Made by a program: the position numbers and the translations under genes. From positions 160,001 to 224,000 of the forward strand of contig OZ240241.1 in NCBI GenBank assembly GCA_965198115.1: a stretch of 64,000 bases of DNA, given 5' to 3'. Under the pieces are notes generated by a model, which worked only from the letters and a program-made list of their open reading frames with translations, was not told where the DNA came from and searched no databases. This DNA comes from Candidatus Latescibacterota bacterium. Its GTDB lineage: Bacteria; Latescibacterota; UBA2968. This document shows, piece by piece, positions 40,107 through 49,707 of the stretch; position 1 is the stretch's first letter; the number at the start of each line of letters is the position of its first letter.

Positions 40107-41699
40107 GTGGAACCTCACGGAAACAATCTGATCGGTTACGGTTCGTCGGGGGAGGGAACGACGATGTTCAAGTCGTACGCACCGGCAACTGGTACGGAGA
40201 TGGACCCTCTATTTCGCGGTGCGACGGCGGCTGAGGTCGATCGTGCTGTGGCACTGGCCGCTGAGGCTTTTCCCGCATTCAGGAAGCTGTCGGGGGATAC
40301 GCGCGCAACCTTCCTGGAGACGATTGCCGACGAAATCGAGGCGATCGGTGATCCGCTGCTCGAACGGTGTGACGCAGAGACGGGTCTGGGTATCCCACGT
40401 CTGACGGGTGAGCGGGGGCGTACGACCGGCCAGCTGAGGCTCTTTGCCTCGCTGATTCGCGAGGGCTCCTGGGTCGACGCACGAATCGATCACGCCATCA
40501 CCGACCGGGAGCCGCTTCCGAAGCCCGACGCACGACTGATGTTGATGCCGGTCGGTCCGGTCGTCGTCTTCGGCGCCAGTAATTTTCCGTTGGCGTTCTC
40601 GACGGCCGGTGGCGATACCGCATCGGCCCTGGCGGCAGGATGTCCGGTGATCGTGAAGGCACACCGCTCCCACGCCGGGACGGGCGAGCTCGTGGGCCAG
40701 GCGATTCAGCGCGCGGCCCAGACGTGCGGCATGCCGAACGGTGTGTTTTCGCTGATTCACGGGGCGGGCGCGCAGGTCGGATCCGCCCTGGTTGAACAGC
40801 CCCAGATCAGGGCCGTGGGGTTCACGGGTTCTCTGTCCGGTGGCCGGGCCCTGTTCGATCTTGCCTCGCGACGCCCCGAGCCGATTCCAGTTTACGCGGA
40901 GATGGGCAGTCTGAACCCTGTCTTTGTGCTGCCGGGTGCGCTGTCTGAACGTGGAAGTGAATTTGCCGAGGGGCTGCGTGGGTCGGTCACATTGGGTGTT
41001 GGACAGTTCTGCACGAATCCAGGGCTGGTGCTGGGGATCGAGGACGAAGCCATGGACGGGTTCATCGAGACTGCGGAGACGTTGTTCGAGGAGGCATCGC
41101 CGGCGACGATGCTCAACCCGGGGATTCGCGATGCTTTCGAGAATGGATTGGCGACGATGGAAGGGGCAGCGAACGTTTCGCTGATTGCCCGATCGGATCA
41201 GTCTCCCGATGCCACGAAGACGGAGGCCAGCCCACACGTCTGGGTGACAGACGTGACATCCTTCCTCGACAACCCGGACCTGAGTCACGAAGTGTTCGGT
41301 CCGTCCAGTTTGGTTGTGAAGTGCAAGACCAGAGAGGAGATGATCGATGTGGCGAATCGGCTGGAAGGTCACCTGACCGCGACGATTCACGGCACCAACA
41401 AGGATCTGACCGAACACGCCGATCTGGTCGAAGTCCTGGAGCGCAAGGTCGGGCGTGTCATTTTCAATGGATTCCCGACGGGTGTCGAGGTATGCCACTC
41501 GATGCACCACGGGGGACCCTACCCTGCGACGACGGATGGCCGGTCGACTTCCGTTGGGACGGCGGCCATATTCAGGTTCACGCGACTGGTTTGCTACCAG
41601 GGTTTTCCGAGCGCGGCGCTACCGGATGAGCTGAAAGACGGAAATCCCCTTGGCATCTGGCGCACGGTGGATGGGACGGTGACGAGGGATCCTTCGTAA
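40107..41699 (+). CDS. NADP-dependent aldehyde dehydrogenase (2,5-dioxovalerate/KGSA dehydrogenase-like)
   Basis: FGASNFPLAFSTAGGDTASALAAG, GFTGS, AEMGSLNP, GQFCTNPG; GTG start after GGAGGA. Confidence 0.9.
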   Translation: MEPHGNNLIGYGSSGEGTTMFKSYAPATGTEMDPLFRGATAAEVDRAVALAAEAFPAFRKLSGDTRATFLETIADEIEAIGDPLLERCDAETGLGIPRLTGERGRTTGQLRLFASLIREGSWVDARIDHAITDREPLPKPDARLMLMPVGPVVVFGASNFPLAFSTAGGDTASALAAGCPVIVKAHRSHAGTGELVGQAIQRAAQTCGMPNGVFSLIHGAGAQVGSALVEQPQIRAVGFTGSLSGGRALFDLASRRPEPIPVYAEMGSLNPVFVLPGALSERGSEFAEGLRGSVTLGVGQFCTNPGLVLGIEDEAMDGFIETAETLFEEASPATMLNPGIRDAFENGLATMEGAANVSLIARSDQSPDATKTEASPHVWVTDVTSFLDNPDLSHEVFGPSSLVVKCKTREEMIDVANRLEGHLTATIHGTNKDLTEHADLVEVLERKVGRVIFNGFPTGVEVCHSMHHGGPYPATTDGRSTSVGTAAIFRFTRLVCYQGFPSAALPDELKDGNPLGIWRTVDGTVTRDPS

Positions 41700-41730
41700 G
41701 GAACTGGAGCAGGGAAACCGGGTAAAAATC

Positions 41731-41762
41731 AGGGCCACTCGATCGTGCGATCGGGTGGCCTT
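41731..41762. terminator. Hairpin between convergent genes
   Basis: GGCCACTCGATCG-TG-CGATCGGGTGGCC. Confidence 0.6.
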
Positions 41763-41784
41763 CTGCGTATGGGCTTCGCAGTTA

Positions 41785-42741
41785 TCAGACGGGGACGGAT
41801 GCCACGAGGTATTCGCAGTCAGTGTGAGGGTCGACGGTGACTCCGCGCCCGGCCGGTACGAGAAACGTGTCGCCCCCGGTGGCTGCGGCGGTTTCCGGAT
41901 CGGTGCGGAGGCTGGCGCTGCCGCTGACGAAGGTGAGCGCCGTGAATGAGGCGCTAGAATGATGGTCGCGAGACTGTGTCGGGCAGTGGCGATCGAGTGT
42001 GAAGTGATCGGTCGTCACCTGGCGGGTCTCTCGAATTCGATGGGGAGACGTATCGATGTCGGTACGAGCGACGGCGAGACCCCGATCGATGTGTAATTCC
42101 CGCGGTTGCCCGTCGGGCCCCGGACGGTTGTAGTCGTAGAGTCGAAACGTGATGTCGCTGGATTGCTGGACTTCGTAGACCATCACTCCCCCGCAGAGTG
42201 CGTGGACTGTTCCGGGGGGGATGGTCACCACATCGCCAGGTTTCACGTCGTGGTAGATGACAGCGTCTTCCACACGTCCCACCTCGATCGCGGCTCGCAG
42301 GTCCTCGACATCCACACCCTCGTGGAGACCCGCAGCAACCCGCCCGTTGTCCGAAGCCACGACATACCAGGCTTCGTTCTTTCCATAGCGACCGAGTCCC
42401 TGGTCCCGAACGTATCCATCGCCGGGATGGACTTGGATGGACAGGTCATCCTGAGCGTCGAGCCATTTGATCAACAGGGGGAAGTCGGCGCCGTATCGGT
42501 CGATGACGTCCTTTCCGATCAGTTCGTCGCCGAACGTGTCGAGCAGGCCTGGCAGGGGTGTGCCAGCCAACGGACCGTCTGCGACGACGCTCTCCATACC
42601 CGTCACACACGACAATTCAAGCGACTCGCCAACGCGTTTCCCGGGGGGGAGGGGTTTTCTGAATTCGGTTTCGAGACGTCGTCCCCCCCAGATGACTTCG
42701 CGTAGGTAGGGAGCCATTTTGAGGATCGAAGGGAGTGACAA
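41785..42741 (-). CDS. Type I mannose-6-phosphate isomerase (cupin)
   Basis: IWGGRRL, FPLLIKWLDA, LSIQVHP, GKNEAWY, PGTVHAL, EVQQSSDITFRLYDY; start uncertain. Confidence 0.88.
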   Translation of the reverse strand: MSLPSILKMAPYLREVIWGGRRLETEFRKPLPPGKRVGESLELSCVTGMESVVADGPLAGTPLPGLLDTFGDELIGKDVIDRYGADFPLLIKWLDAQDDLSIQVHPGDGYVRDQGLGRYGKNEAWYVVASDNGRVAAGLHEGVDVEDLRAAIEVGRVEDAVIYHDVKPGDVVTIPPGTVHALCGGVMVYEVQQSSDITFRLYDYNRPGPDGQPRELHIDRGLAVARTDIDTSPHRIRETRQVTTDHFTLDRHCPTQSRDHHSSASFTALTFVSGSASLRTDPETAAATGGDTFLVPAGRGVTVDPHTDCEYLVASVPV

Positions 42742-42930
42742 AGAGGTTCCAAAGATAGAGATGGAGTCAGGCTGCGACCTCGTGACGCTCACGGCACGAA
42801 GCAAAGGTACGGCCCCGCGTTGAGGAGTCAAACCGACCGTCCCGACAGGGAATCCGCTTGCATCGAGGGGGTCCCTGCCGTTACGTTAGCCCCCCAAAGT
42901 TCTGGTATCTGGCGGCAGGAAGGAGCAGGC

Positions 42931-43743
42931 ATGGTCAAGCTCAGCACGATGACGAGCGTCTGTCCCGATTGGACGGTAGACGAGATCGTAGAAGGGATGC
43001 AGCGGCACGGGTACGAGGGTCTGGAACCACGTGTCGGTTGGAATCATAAAGCGGGTCTCGAACTCGATACACCACTCAAGGAAAGGGACGCGGCGCGCGT
43101 CAAACTTGAAGACGCCGGTTTCCGCGTTTGCTGTGTGGCGACCGGAGCCCGGTTTGCGACGGAGGATCGATCGGAGCTCGCGAATTACATCGACGAAGCG
43201 CGGAAGGGCATCGATCTGGCCGCGGATCTGGGGGCCCCCGTCGTTCGGACCTTTGGTGGCGCTCGTGGGAAGGGCGAGCTCCTGGGAATCGTCAACCGAA
43301 CCGCTGAGGCTTACAAACAGGTGATGGACAAGGCGGCTGAACGGGGTGTTACGGTGATGCTCGAGACGCACGATGAATGGTGCGTCTCTGCCCAGGTTCG
43401 GGCTGTGGTCGAGCGCGTGAGTCATCCGAACATGGCCGTCCTGTGGGATTTCATGCACACCCAGCGAGTTCAGGAACGTACCGAGGAAACGATGGTCACG
43501 ATCGGGTCGCTCACCCGTCACATCCACGCGCACGATGGAAACTATCGGGATAACGGAGCCAAACTGGATACGGTCGATCTCGGGCAAGGGGAACTCGACC
43601 ACGGCACGCCTTTGAAACTGTTGGACGAGATCGGCTACGACGGCCACTTCTCGGTCGAGGTGATCCATAAACCGGGAAGCGACCACGATGCGGATGGGAC
43701 GCTGAAGAACTACGCCGAGGGGTTCGCCAGGATAAAGCCTTGA
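42931..43743 (+). CDS. Sugar-phosphate isomerase/epimerase (AP endonuclease 2 TIM barrel)
   Basis: GYEGLE, LETHD, WDFMH, HIHAHD, FSVE. Confidence 0.85.
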   Translation: MVKLSTMTSVCPDWTVDEIVEGMQRHGYEGLEPRVGWNHKAGLELDTPLKERDAARVKLEDAGFRVCCVATGARFATEDRSELANYIDEARKGIDLAADLGAPVVRTFGGARGKGELLGIVNRTAEAYKQVMDKAAERGVTVMLETHDEWCVSAQVRAVVERVSHPNMAVLWDFMHTQRVQERTEETMVTIGSLTRHIHAHDGNYRDNGAKLDTVDLGQGELDHGTPLKLLDEIGYDGHFSVEVIHKPGSDHDADGTLKNYAEGFARIKP

Positions 43744-43935
43744 AAGGCGCCACTGAGGGCACTGAGATCGCTGAGGTCAGCAGGAGGGATAGGAGGATGT
43801 CACCCCGGCAGTGTGTTGAGCCGAGGCCCACTTTCGATTCTCTGCCGCGCGATCGCAACAATAGCGCGAGGCGGAAAACGGATCCCGGCCCAGAAGCATA
43901 CCGGGATGACATTCACTTGTTGCAATAGATCAATT

Positions 43936-44496
43936 CTACTCACCAGGTCGAACAGTCAGAAAGCCCTGCAGTGGAACGTCGCCTTTGTTGCGAAAGCCGT
44001 GGGTGAGGTCGGCCTGGTAGGTGATAGAGTCGCCCTGATTGAGGGTCGTGACGTTGTCGCCCGAGACGACATCGCACGTACCCTGGCTGATGTAGAGGAT
44101 TTCGATCGTTTCGGACGTATGTGGTGGGGAAACCACTTCTCCGCCGACTTCGATTTCCATGAAGTAAGTTTCGACTTCCCGGACGGTTAGTGGGCTGACG
44201 ATGCGAAAGGTCCCCTGACCATTTTCGCTCTGTACGATGGTCACCTGATCGGCGTGGACGGGATCGAACAGCGATGGTCCTGGCGCGTCGAACAGCTCTT
44301 CGAGAGGAATGCCCAAGCCGTTCGCGATCTTCCAGATTGTGGCGAGAGTCGGGTTCGTCCGGTCGCCCTCGATCTGGGATAGCATGCCCTTGGATACACC
44401 GCATCGGTTGGATAGCTGATCCAGGCTGTAGTCCATGCGCTTACGGAGACGCTGGACGTTCTTCCCGATTTTGGGAGGATGGGGGATACCAGGCAT
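43936..44496 (-). CDS. XRE-family HTH plus cupin transcriptional regulator
   Basis: SLDQLSNRCGVSKGMLSQIE..NPTLATIWKIA; cupin LNQGDSITYQADLTHGFRN. Confidence 0.9.
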   Translation of the reverse strand: MPGIPHPPKIGKNVQRLRKRMDYSLDQLSNRCGVSKGMLSQIEGDRTNPTLATIWKIANGLGIPLEELFDAPGPSLFDPVHADQVTIVQSENGQGTFRIVSPLTVREVETYFMEIEVGGEVVSPPHTSETIEILYISQGTCDVVSGDNVTTLNQGDSITYQADLTHGFRNKGDVPLQGFLTVRPGE

Positions 44497-44502
44497 TTAA
44501 AC

Positions 44503-45922
44503 GGCTATATCCGGATCTCTCAACGAGATGAAGTGGGTGAAGGTGCCGTGGTTCCTGGCATGGGGGCGCGGTTAGAGTGTGCGGAACCTCTTCGGAATCT
44601 GCTCAGGGATGTTTATGTCTCCGACGGTAAGGAAGATCATATCGTTGAATGCGTCGAGTGTGCGGAATCCGCTGGCTCGGTTCTTGACGATTTGGACGAT
44701 TCGGTTGAGGCCTTCGGCGATGGCGTTGGTAAGACGCGTGTTCACGAATGCGAGGACGCCGAAGAAGTGCTGTCGCAGGGTCCTGACGAACTTTCGCAGG
44801 GGTTCAAGTCGACTTCTGAGTGCGGACGTCGTCCAGCATTTCAGGAAGCGTTCGGCAGCCCAGGGCGCTTTGTATTCCCAGAACTGCTCGAACTCGTCCT
44901 TGAGTCTCCAGGCTCTATAGATTCGGTAGTTCGCCTTCTCCAGTGCTTTGAGTGTCCGAGTATCCCCTCTGGAGCGTGTCGCTGAGTGCCGGTAGAGGAG
45001 CCATCGGAGGCCCTTCATGGCTTTGCGCTCATCCGGGGCAGCTTTACGCCACTGGTCCTTACGGACCTCGTCAACGGCGGCATTGAGAGCCTTGACGATG
45101 TGAAAGCGATCGAGGACCAGCTTGGCATTCGGACAGTGTTCCTGGATGGCTCCGATGTAAGCTTCGCTCATGTCGCAGCAGGCCCACTCGATCTTGGATC
45201 TCCGGTAGGGACTGAGAGCCTCTGTGAAGAACCGATCGATCGTTTTACGCGCCCTGCCGCGGCCAACCCACACCACGCAGGAGCGGTCCAGATCGTAAAC
45301 GAGCGTGGCGTACCTGTGACGCTTGGCGTAGGAGATCTCGTCGATCCCGATGGTTTTGAGCCCTCGGATACGATGACCTTCACGAAGCCGCGTGATGGAT
45401 CGGTGAAGGAGATCCGACAGCGTCGAGGCAGAGATGCGCAGTAACTCGGACGCCGCCTTCTGCGTCATGGTCTGGCAGTAGCGCAGCATGGCATACTCGA
45501 AGCGATACGTCACCCGAGAGAACCGCTCCGCCCACGGAATCTCCTCGACCACACGACCGTGGGTAGGACACCGAATCTCCCGAGGATGGTAGAGAAGCCA
45601 GACCCTCCACCCGCACACCGGAATGTCACGCCACCGACGCGGATGGGGCATTGTGCGGACGATTTTACCTCGACGGCCGCACTCCGGACAACAACAACCA
45701 TTCTTATGTGGCTTTACGGCGATGACGAAACAGCTTCTCCCCTCAAACCACCAGCTGACAACACGGAACCCCTTGAATCTCAGCAGTTTCGATAGTAATC
45801 TGCTCCCGGTCATAGGTCGCACCCCCTTCGCTTTGATTGTCCTACACACACAACCAAGCGTAGGGAACGATCTATGACCTTGTCATTCTATAGTTTCACC
45901 GTTGAGAAACCCGGATAGAGCC
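44503..45922 (-). mobile_element. ISL3 copy 5 (1420 bp)
   Basis: IRs intact; near-perfect TSD ATTTAAAC / ATTTAAAA. Confidence 0.95.
44572..45849 (-). CDS. ISL3 transposase, intact
   Basis: 425 aa. Confidence 0.95.
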   Translation of the reverse strand: MCRTIKAKGVRPMTGSRLLSKLLRFKGFRVVSWWFEGRSCFVIAVKPHKNGCCCPECGRRGKIVRTMPHPRRWRDIPVCGWRVWLLYHPREIRCPTHGRVVEEIPWAERFSRVTYRFEYAMLRYCQTMTQKAASELLRISASTLSDLLHRSITRLREGHRIRGLKTIGIDEISYAKRHRYATLVYDLDRSCVVWVGRGRARKTIDRFFTEALSPYRRSKIEWACCDMSEAYIGAIQEHCPNAKLVLDRFHIVKALNAAVDEVRKDQWRKAAPDERKAMKGLRWLLYRHSATRSRGDTRTLKALEKANYRIYRAWRLKDEFEQFWEYKAPWAAERFLKCWTTSALRSRLEPLRKFVRTLRQHFFGVLAFVNTRLTNAIAEGLNRIVQIVKNRASGFRTLDAFNDMIFLTVGDINIPEQIPKRFRTL

Positions 45923-45937
45923 ATTTAAAAAGACCGT

Positions 45938-45966
45938 GTTCAGTGGTTCAGTGTTCGGTGTTCAGG
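45938..45966 (+). repeat. GTTC-based tandem repeat block, copy 1
   Basis: GTTCAGTGGTTCAGTGTTCGGTGTTCAGG; 28/29 identical to 49593..49621. Confidence 0.75.
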
Positions 45967-46044
45967 GAAGACGCTTCGCTCAATGATCGATCGTGTTTTG
46001 TAGCAGTCGTTTGAAGTACGCGGAATATACCTGAAGGGGATGTG

Positions 46045-47475
46045 ATGGCCAAACGGAAGCGCAATCTGATCCTGTTGGGGGTGGACAGTCTGTGGGCAGA
46101 TCGCATGAGTTGCTATGGATATCGCCACCAGACTTCCCCCCATATGGACAAGCTGGCCTCACAAGGTGTTCTGTTCGAAAACACCTACAGCCCGCACATT
46201 CCGACGACGTCAGCCTATGCCTCGATGCTCACTGGCAAGGATTGCTTTTCAACTGAAGTCGTCGCGCTGCGTCACCGGGGAGGGTTGACGAAGAAGGTCA
46301 GGACGTTACCTGAAATCCTTCGAAAAGCAGGCTACAACACGACGTGCGTGGGCTTTACTGGCAACCCGAGCTCGCGGGGATTCGATACGTATCACGAGTA
46401 TGCGGCGTGGGGGAGCTGGGAGCAGCGTCCCTTGCGAAAAGCCGAACTGTTGAACGACGAAACGATCCCAGAGTTGGAGCGGCTCTCGCGCAGCAAGAAG
46501 CCGTTCTTTCTGTTTCTGCGTCACATGGATCCGCACGCGCCCTACCTCCCGCCTGCACCGTATGACACGATGTTCTACAGCGCCGACCCGTGCGATCCCA
46601 AGAAGAAGAGCATGGAGGTGCCCCGGGCATTCAAGCCATTTCGAGACTTCCATTTGAGCTGGATGCCGCCGGGGATCACCGACGCGGACTACGTGAACGC
46701 ACAATACGATGGCGAAATCGCCTACATGGACGCGTGCATTCAGCGTCTGCTGCAGCGGGTCGACGAACTCGGTCTTGCTGAGGACACGCTGGTTGTTCTG
46801 AACGGAGACCACGGGGAGACGTTGGACGAGCACGAATGTTACTGGGACCATCACGGGTTGTACGAGTGTACGCTCCACGTCCCGCTGATGTTGCGTTTGC
46901 CCGGCGTACTGCCTGAAGGGAAGCGAATCGCGGGATACAACACGCACCAAGATCTCGTTCCGACTTTGATGGAGCTGCTGGGGGTGCGTCCGGGGATCAA
47001 GTTCGATGGCCGGAGTCTGTTGGGCATGGTCAGAGGTAAACGTCGGACGCATTCACCCGAATTCTACATCACCGAAGCGACCTGGATGCGGAAGCACGGT
47101 TGGCGTACGCCGGAATGGAAGCTGATCGTTGCTCTGGAGCCGGATTTCCACTTCAAGCCGGAGGTCGAGCTCTACAATCTGATCGAGGATCCAGGCGAGA
47201 CCAGGAATCTTGCCAAGAAGGAAAAGGCAGTGGTCGAGTTGCTGCGTGGGCGGATGGAGGCGTGGGTTGTGAAGCGCGAGAGGGAAACGGGCAATGTCAA
47301 TCCGATGTATACAAACCTGGACTGGCACGGGAAGACCGGCCACGGGCCGTTCAAGTCGTCGCAAGAGGCCTACGACATGACGCATATCGGATCGGCGGAG
47401 CGCGCACGGCGGCTTCAGGCGGGAGACAAAAGCAGGGGACCACGGAAGACACGGAAAACACGGAAGAAGGGCTGA
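46045..47475 (+). CDS. Sulfatase-like alkaline-phosphatase-superfamily hydrolase
   Basis: NLILLGVDSLWAD, ASMLTG, MDPHAPY, YDGEIAYMD, GDHGE, ELYNLIEDPGE. Confidence 0.88.
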   Translation: MAKRKRNLILLGVDSLWADRMSCYGYRHQTSPHMDKLASQGVLFENTYSPHIPTTSAYASMLTGKDCFSTEVVALRHRGGLTKKVRTLPEILRKAGYNTTCVGFTGNPSSRGFDTYHEYAAWGSWEQRPLRKAELLNDETIPELERLSRSKKPFFLFLRHMDPHAPYLPPAPYDTMFYSADPCDPKKKSMEVPRAFKPFRDFHLSWMPPGITDADYVNAQYDGEIAYMDACIQRLLQRVDELGLAEDTLVVLNGDHGETLDEHECYWDHHGLYECTLHVPLMLRLPGVLPEGKRIAGYNTHQDLVPTLMELLGVRPGIKFDGRSLLGMVRGKRRTHSPEFYITEATWMRKHGWRTPEWKLIVALEPDFHFKPEVELYNLIEDPGETRNLAKKEKAVVELLRGRMEAWVVKRERETGNVNPMYTNLDWHGKTGHGPFKSSQEAYDMTHIGSAERARRLQAGDKSRGPRKTRKTRKKG

Positions 47476-47507
47476 ACGGATAAGGACCCATTCCGCGGAG
47501 GAACACA

Positions 47508-48392
47508 ATGGCTTTGGGCGAAGGCGATTATCAGTATGAATTGGTAGATGGCTGGCCGAAGACTCCCGAGGGATGGGAGCTAAGTCTCGTTTCCGATGCG
47601 GCGGTCGACGGGCAGGGACGGGTCTACGCATTCACGCGGGGTAAGCATCCACTGATCGTTTTCGACAAGGACGGCCGCTTCATCACCTCCTGGGGATACG
47701 GTGAGTTCGGAATCTCACCCCACCTGGTAAGCCAGTCGCACGGGATCTTCATCGGGCCGGACGACCAGGTCTATCTGACAGATGCCTACCAACACATCGT
47801 GCGAAGGTATTCCAAGCTCGGGGAGAAGAACCGCGAGTGGGGCGTGCTAGGGGTGGCCGGCGTCACGTACCACCGCCGTGAATACAACATGCCGACTGGC
47901 GTCACGTTCTCGTCCGACGGGCATATGTTCGTATCCGATGGGTACGGCAATCGATGTATCCACAAGTACACCTCGGAAGGTGAGCACATCACGTCGTGGG
48001 GAGAGGGTGGTTCGGGCCCCGGACAATTCGCGGTGGTCCACAACATCGGATGCGATAAAGAGGACCGGCTCCTCGTGTGCGACCGGGAGAACAACCGGAT
48101 TCAGTTGTTCGACCTGGACGGCGAGTACATCGAAGAATGGACCGGCGTGTCCAGCCCGGGTGACGTCTGGATCACAGACGACGGGATGATCTACGTCGTG
48201 GAGCAGGGCACCGGCGGCCACGTGAGCGTGTGGACACCGAAGGGTGAGTGCATCAGCCGATTCTCCGGCGCGAATGGCGGTATCGTGGAAGCCCCCCACG
48301 GTCTGGCGGTGGACGACGAGGGCAGCATCTACGTCGCCGAGATTGGTCAGGGTGACAGAGGCCAGCGGATTCTGAAATTTGCGCGAGTCTGA
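47508..48392 (+). CDS. NHL-repeat beta-propeller (peptidyl-hydroxyglycine lyase-like)
   Basis: VSDGYGNRCI, GSGPGQFAVVHNI, DRENNRIQLFD, PHGLAVD. Confidence 0.85.
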   Translation: MALGEGDYQYELVDGWPKTPEGWELSLVSDAAVDGQGRVYAFTRGKHPLIVFDKDGRFITSWGYGEFGISPHLVSQSHGIFIGPDDQVYLTDAYQHIVRRYSKLGEKNREWGVLGVAGVTYHRREYNMPTGVTFSSDGHMFVSDGYGNRCIHKYTSEGEHITSWGEGGSGPGQFAVVHNIGCDKEDRLLVCDRENNRIQLFDLDGEYIEEWTGVSSPGDVWITDDGMIYVVEQGTGGHVSVWTPKGECISRFSGANGGIVEAPHGLAVDDEGSIYVAEIGQGDRGQRILKFARV

Positions 48393-48466
48393 AAAGCAGA
48401 ACCAAGAAGACACGAAGGTGAGAAGCGGGGAGAGACTCCTCGATAGTGTGTTTCAGGGGGTACTCG

Positions 48467-49555
48467 ATGACTGATGAACTGCCGGTTCTGACCGTGAGCG
48501 GATCGCCCCTAGAGCGCGGACGGGCGCACGGAGAGACGTTCAAGGACCTGATTCAGGACCTCATTCCCGCCTACTTCGACGACCTCGAGAAGACCAGCCT
48601 GAGCCACGGGATCGAGGCGATCACGAGGAATCGGGCACTCGAGATCGCCGTACCCTATTCGGAACCCTGTAGCGTGTACGCGCCGGAGCTCTTCGAGGAG
48701 CTCGAAGGGATTTCCGAAGGATCGGGGATTCCCGTGGACGAGGTGCTGTGTCTGAATGCTTTTCTCGAACTTCACGATTACCTGTCTGACGCTTTCGTCG
48801 TGCCGGGTTGCACGTCGTTGATGGTTCCGGGCGACACGAAAGGCGAAGGCGCGTTGATCGCTCAGAACTACGATCTGTCGTCGATTTACGCCGAGGCGGC
48901 AGTGCTGATCAAGGTGGAACAGGATGACGCGCCCGATGTGCTTTTCTACACGTCGGCGGGAATGCTCGGGTGCGCGGGGCTGAACGATGCGGGGATCGGT
49001 GTGGTCATCAACAATCTTGTCCCTTCGGATTCGGGAGCGGGGGTGATCTATCCCTTCATCATTCGACGCATCCTCTCCTCTATACGAATTGGGGATGCCA
49101 TCGACGCGGTGATCTCGAGGCCCAGGGCATCGGGTATGAATTACGTGCTGTGCGATGAGAACGGTGAGATCTACGATCTGGAGACATCGGCGCGTGACTA
49201 CGAGGTGATCTGTCCGTTCGATGGTCCGATGGCGCACTCGAATCACTATCTGCAGGACAGGCTGAAACACCTGGAACGGCGTCACTGGGGTGCGCGCGGG
49301 TCAAGTATCCTGCGATGGGGTCGCGCGAATCGGCTTCTCAAGTCGATGGGTGCTTTCGATCCGGATGTGTTGAAGGATTGTCTATCCGATCGCGTGAACG
49401 CACCGATTGGAATCTGTCGTCACAACGAGCTCGTTGGCGGTGAACCGTGCGGGCAGACGATCGCGGGAATCGTGTTGGATCCTCCGGGCCGGAAGGCGTG
49501 GTTTACGAGGGGCCCGACGGGAGAGCACGCGTGGACGGAGCACGAGCTCCTATGA
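48467..49555 (+). CDS. Peptidase C45 (Ntn-hydrolase/acyltransferase)
   Basis: ERGRAHG, EELEGISEG, G|CTS cleavage site, AQNYD, GLNDAGI, HSNHY. Confidence 0.88.
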   Translation: MTDELPVLTVSGSPLERGRAHGETFKDLIQDLIPAYFDDLEKTSLSHGIEAITRNRALEIAVPYSEPCSVYAPELFEELEGISEGSGIPVDEVLCLNAFLELHDYLSDAFVVPGCTSLMVPGDTKGEGALIAQNYDLSSIYAEAAVLIKVEQDDAPDVLFYTSAGMLGCAGLNDAGIGVVINNLVPSDSGAGVIYPFIIRRILSSIRIGDAIDAVISRPRASGMNYVLCDENGEIYDLETSARDYEVICPFDGPMAHSNHYLQDRLKHLERRHWGARGSSILRWGRANRLLKSMGAFDPDVLKDCLSDRVNAPIGICRHNELVGGEPCGQTIAGIVLDPPGRKAWFTRGPTGEHAWTEHELL

Positions 49556-49592
49556 TCGTGTCGAAGGTGGATCGCACGGCTGGGAAGAGGGG

Positions 49593-49621
49593 GTTCAGTA
49601 GTTCAGTGTTCGGTGTTCAGG
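49593..49621 (+). repeat. GTTC-based tandem repeat block, copy 2
   Basis: GTTCAGTAGTTCAGTGTTCGGTGTTCAGG. Confidence 0.75.
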
Positions 49622-49707
49622 AAAGCGGCTGTAGCCTATCCGCGTTCCCTTTAGCATCAGATATCTTCAGAATCCGATTTCCCCCACTTGTAGGAAAGGA
49701 ATCCAAG

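Noticed and set aside
45938-45966. Alphaproteobacterial LexA box GTTC-N7-GTTC
   Set aside because: The GTTC spacings are 4, 3 and 3 nt, not 7
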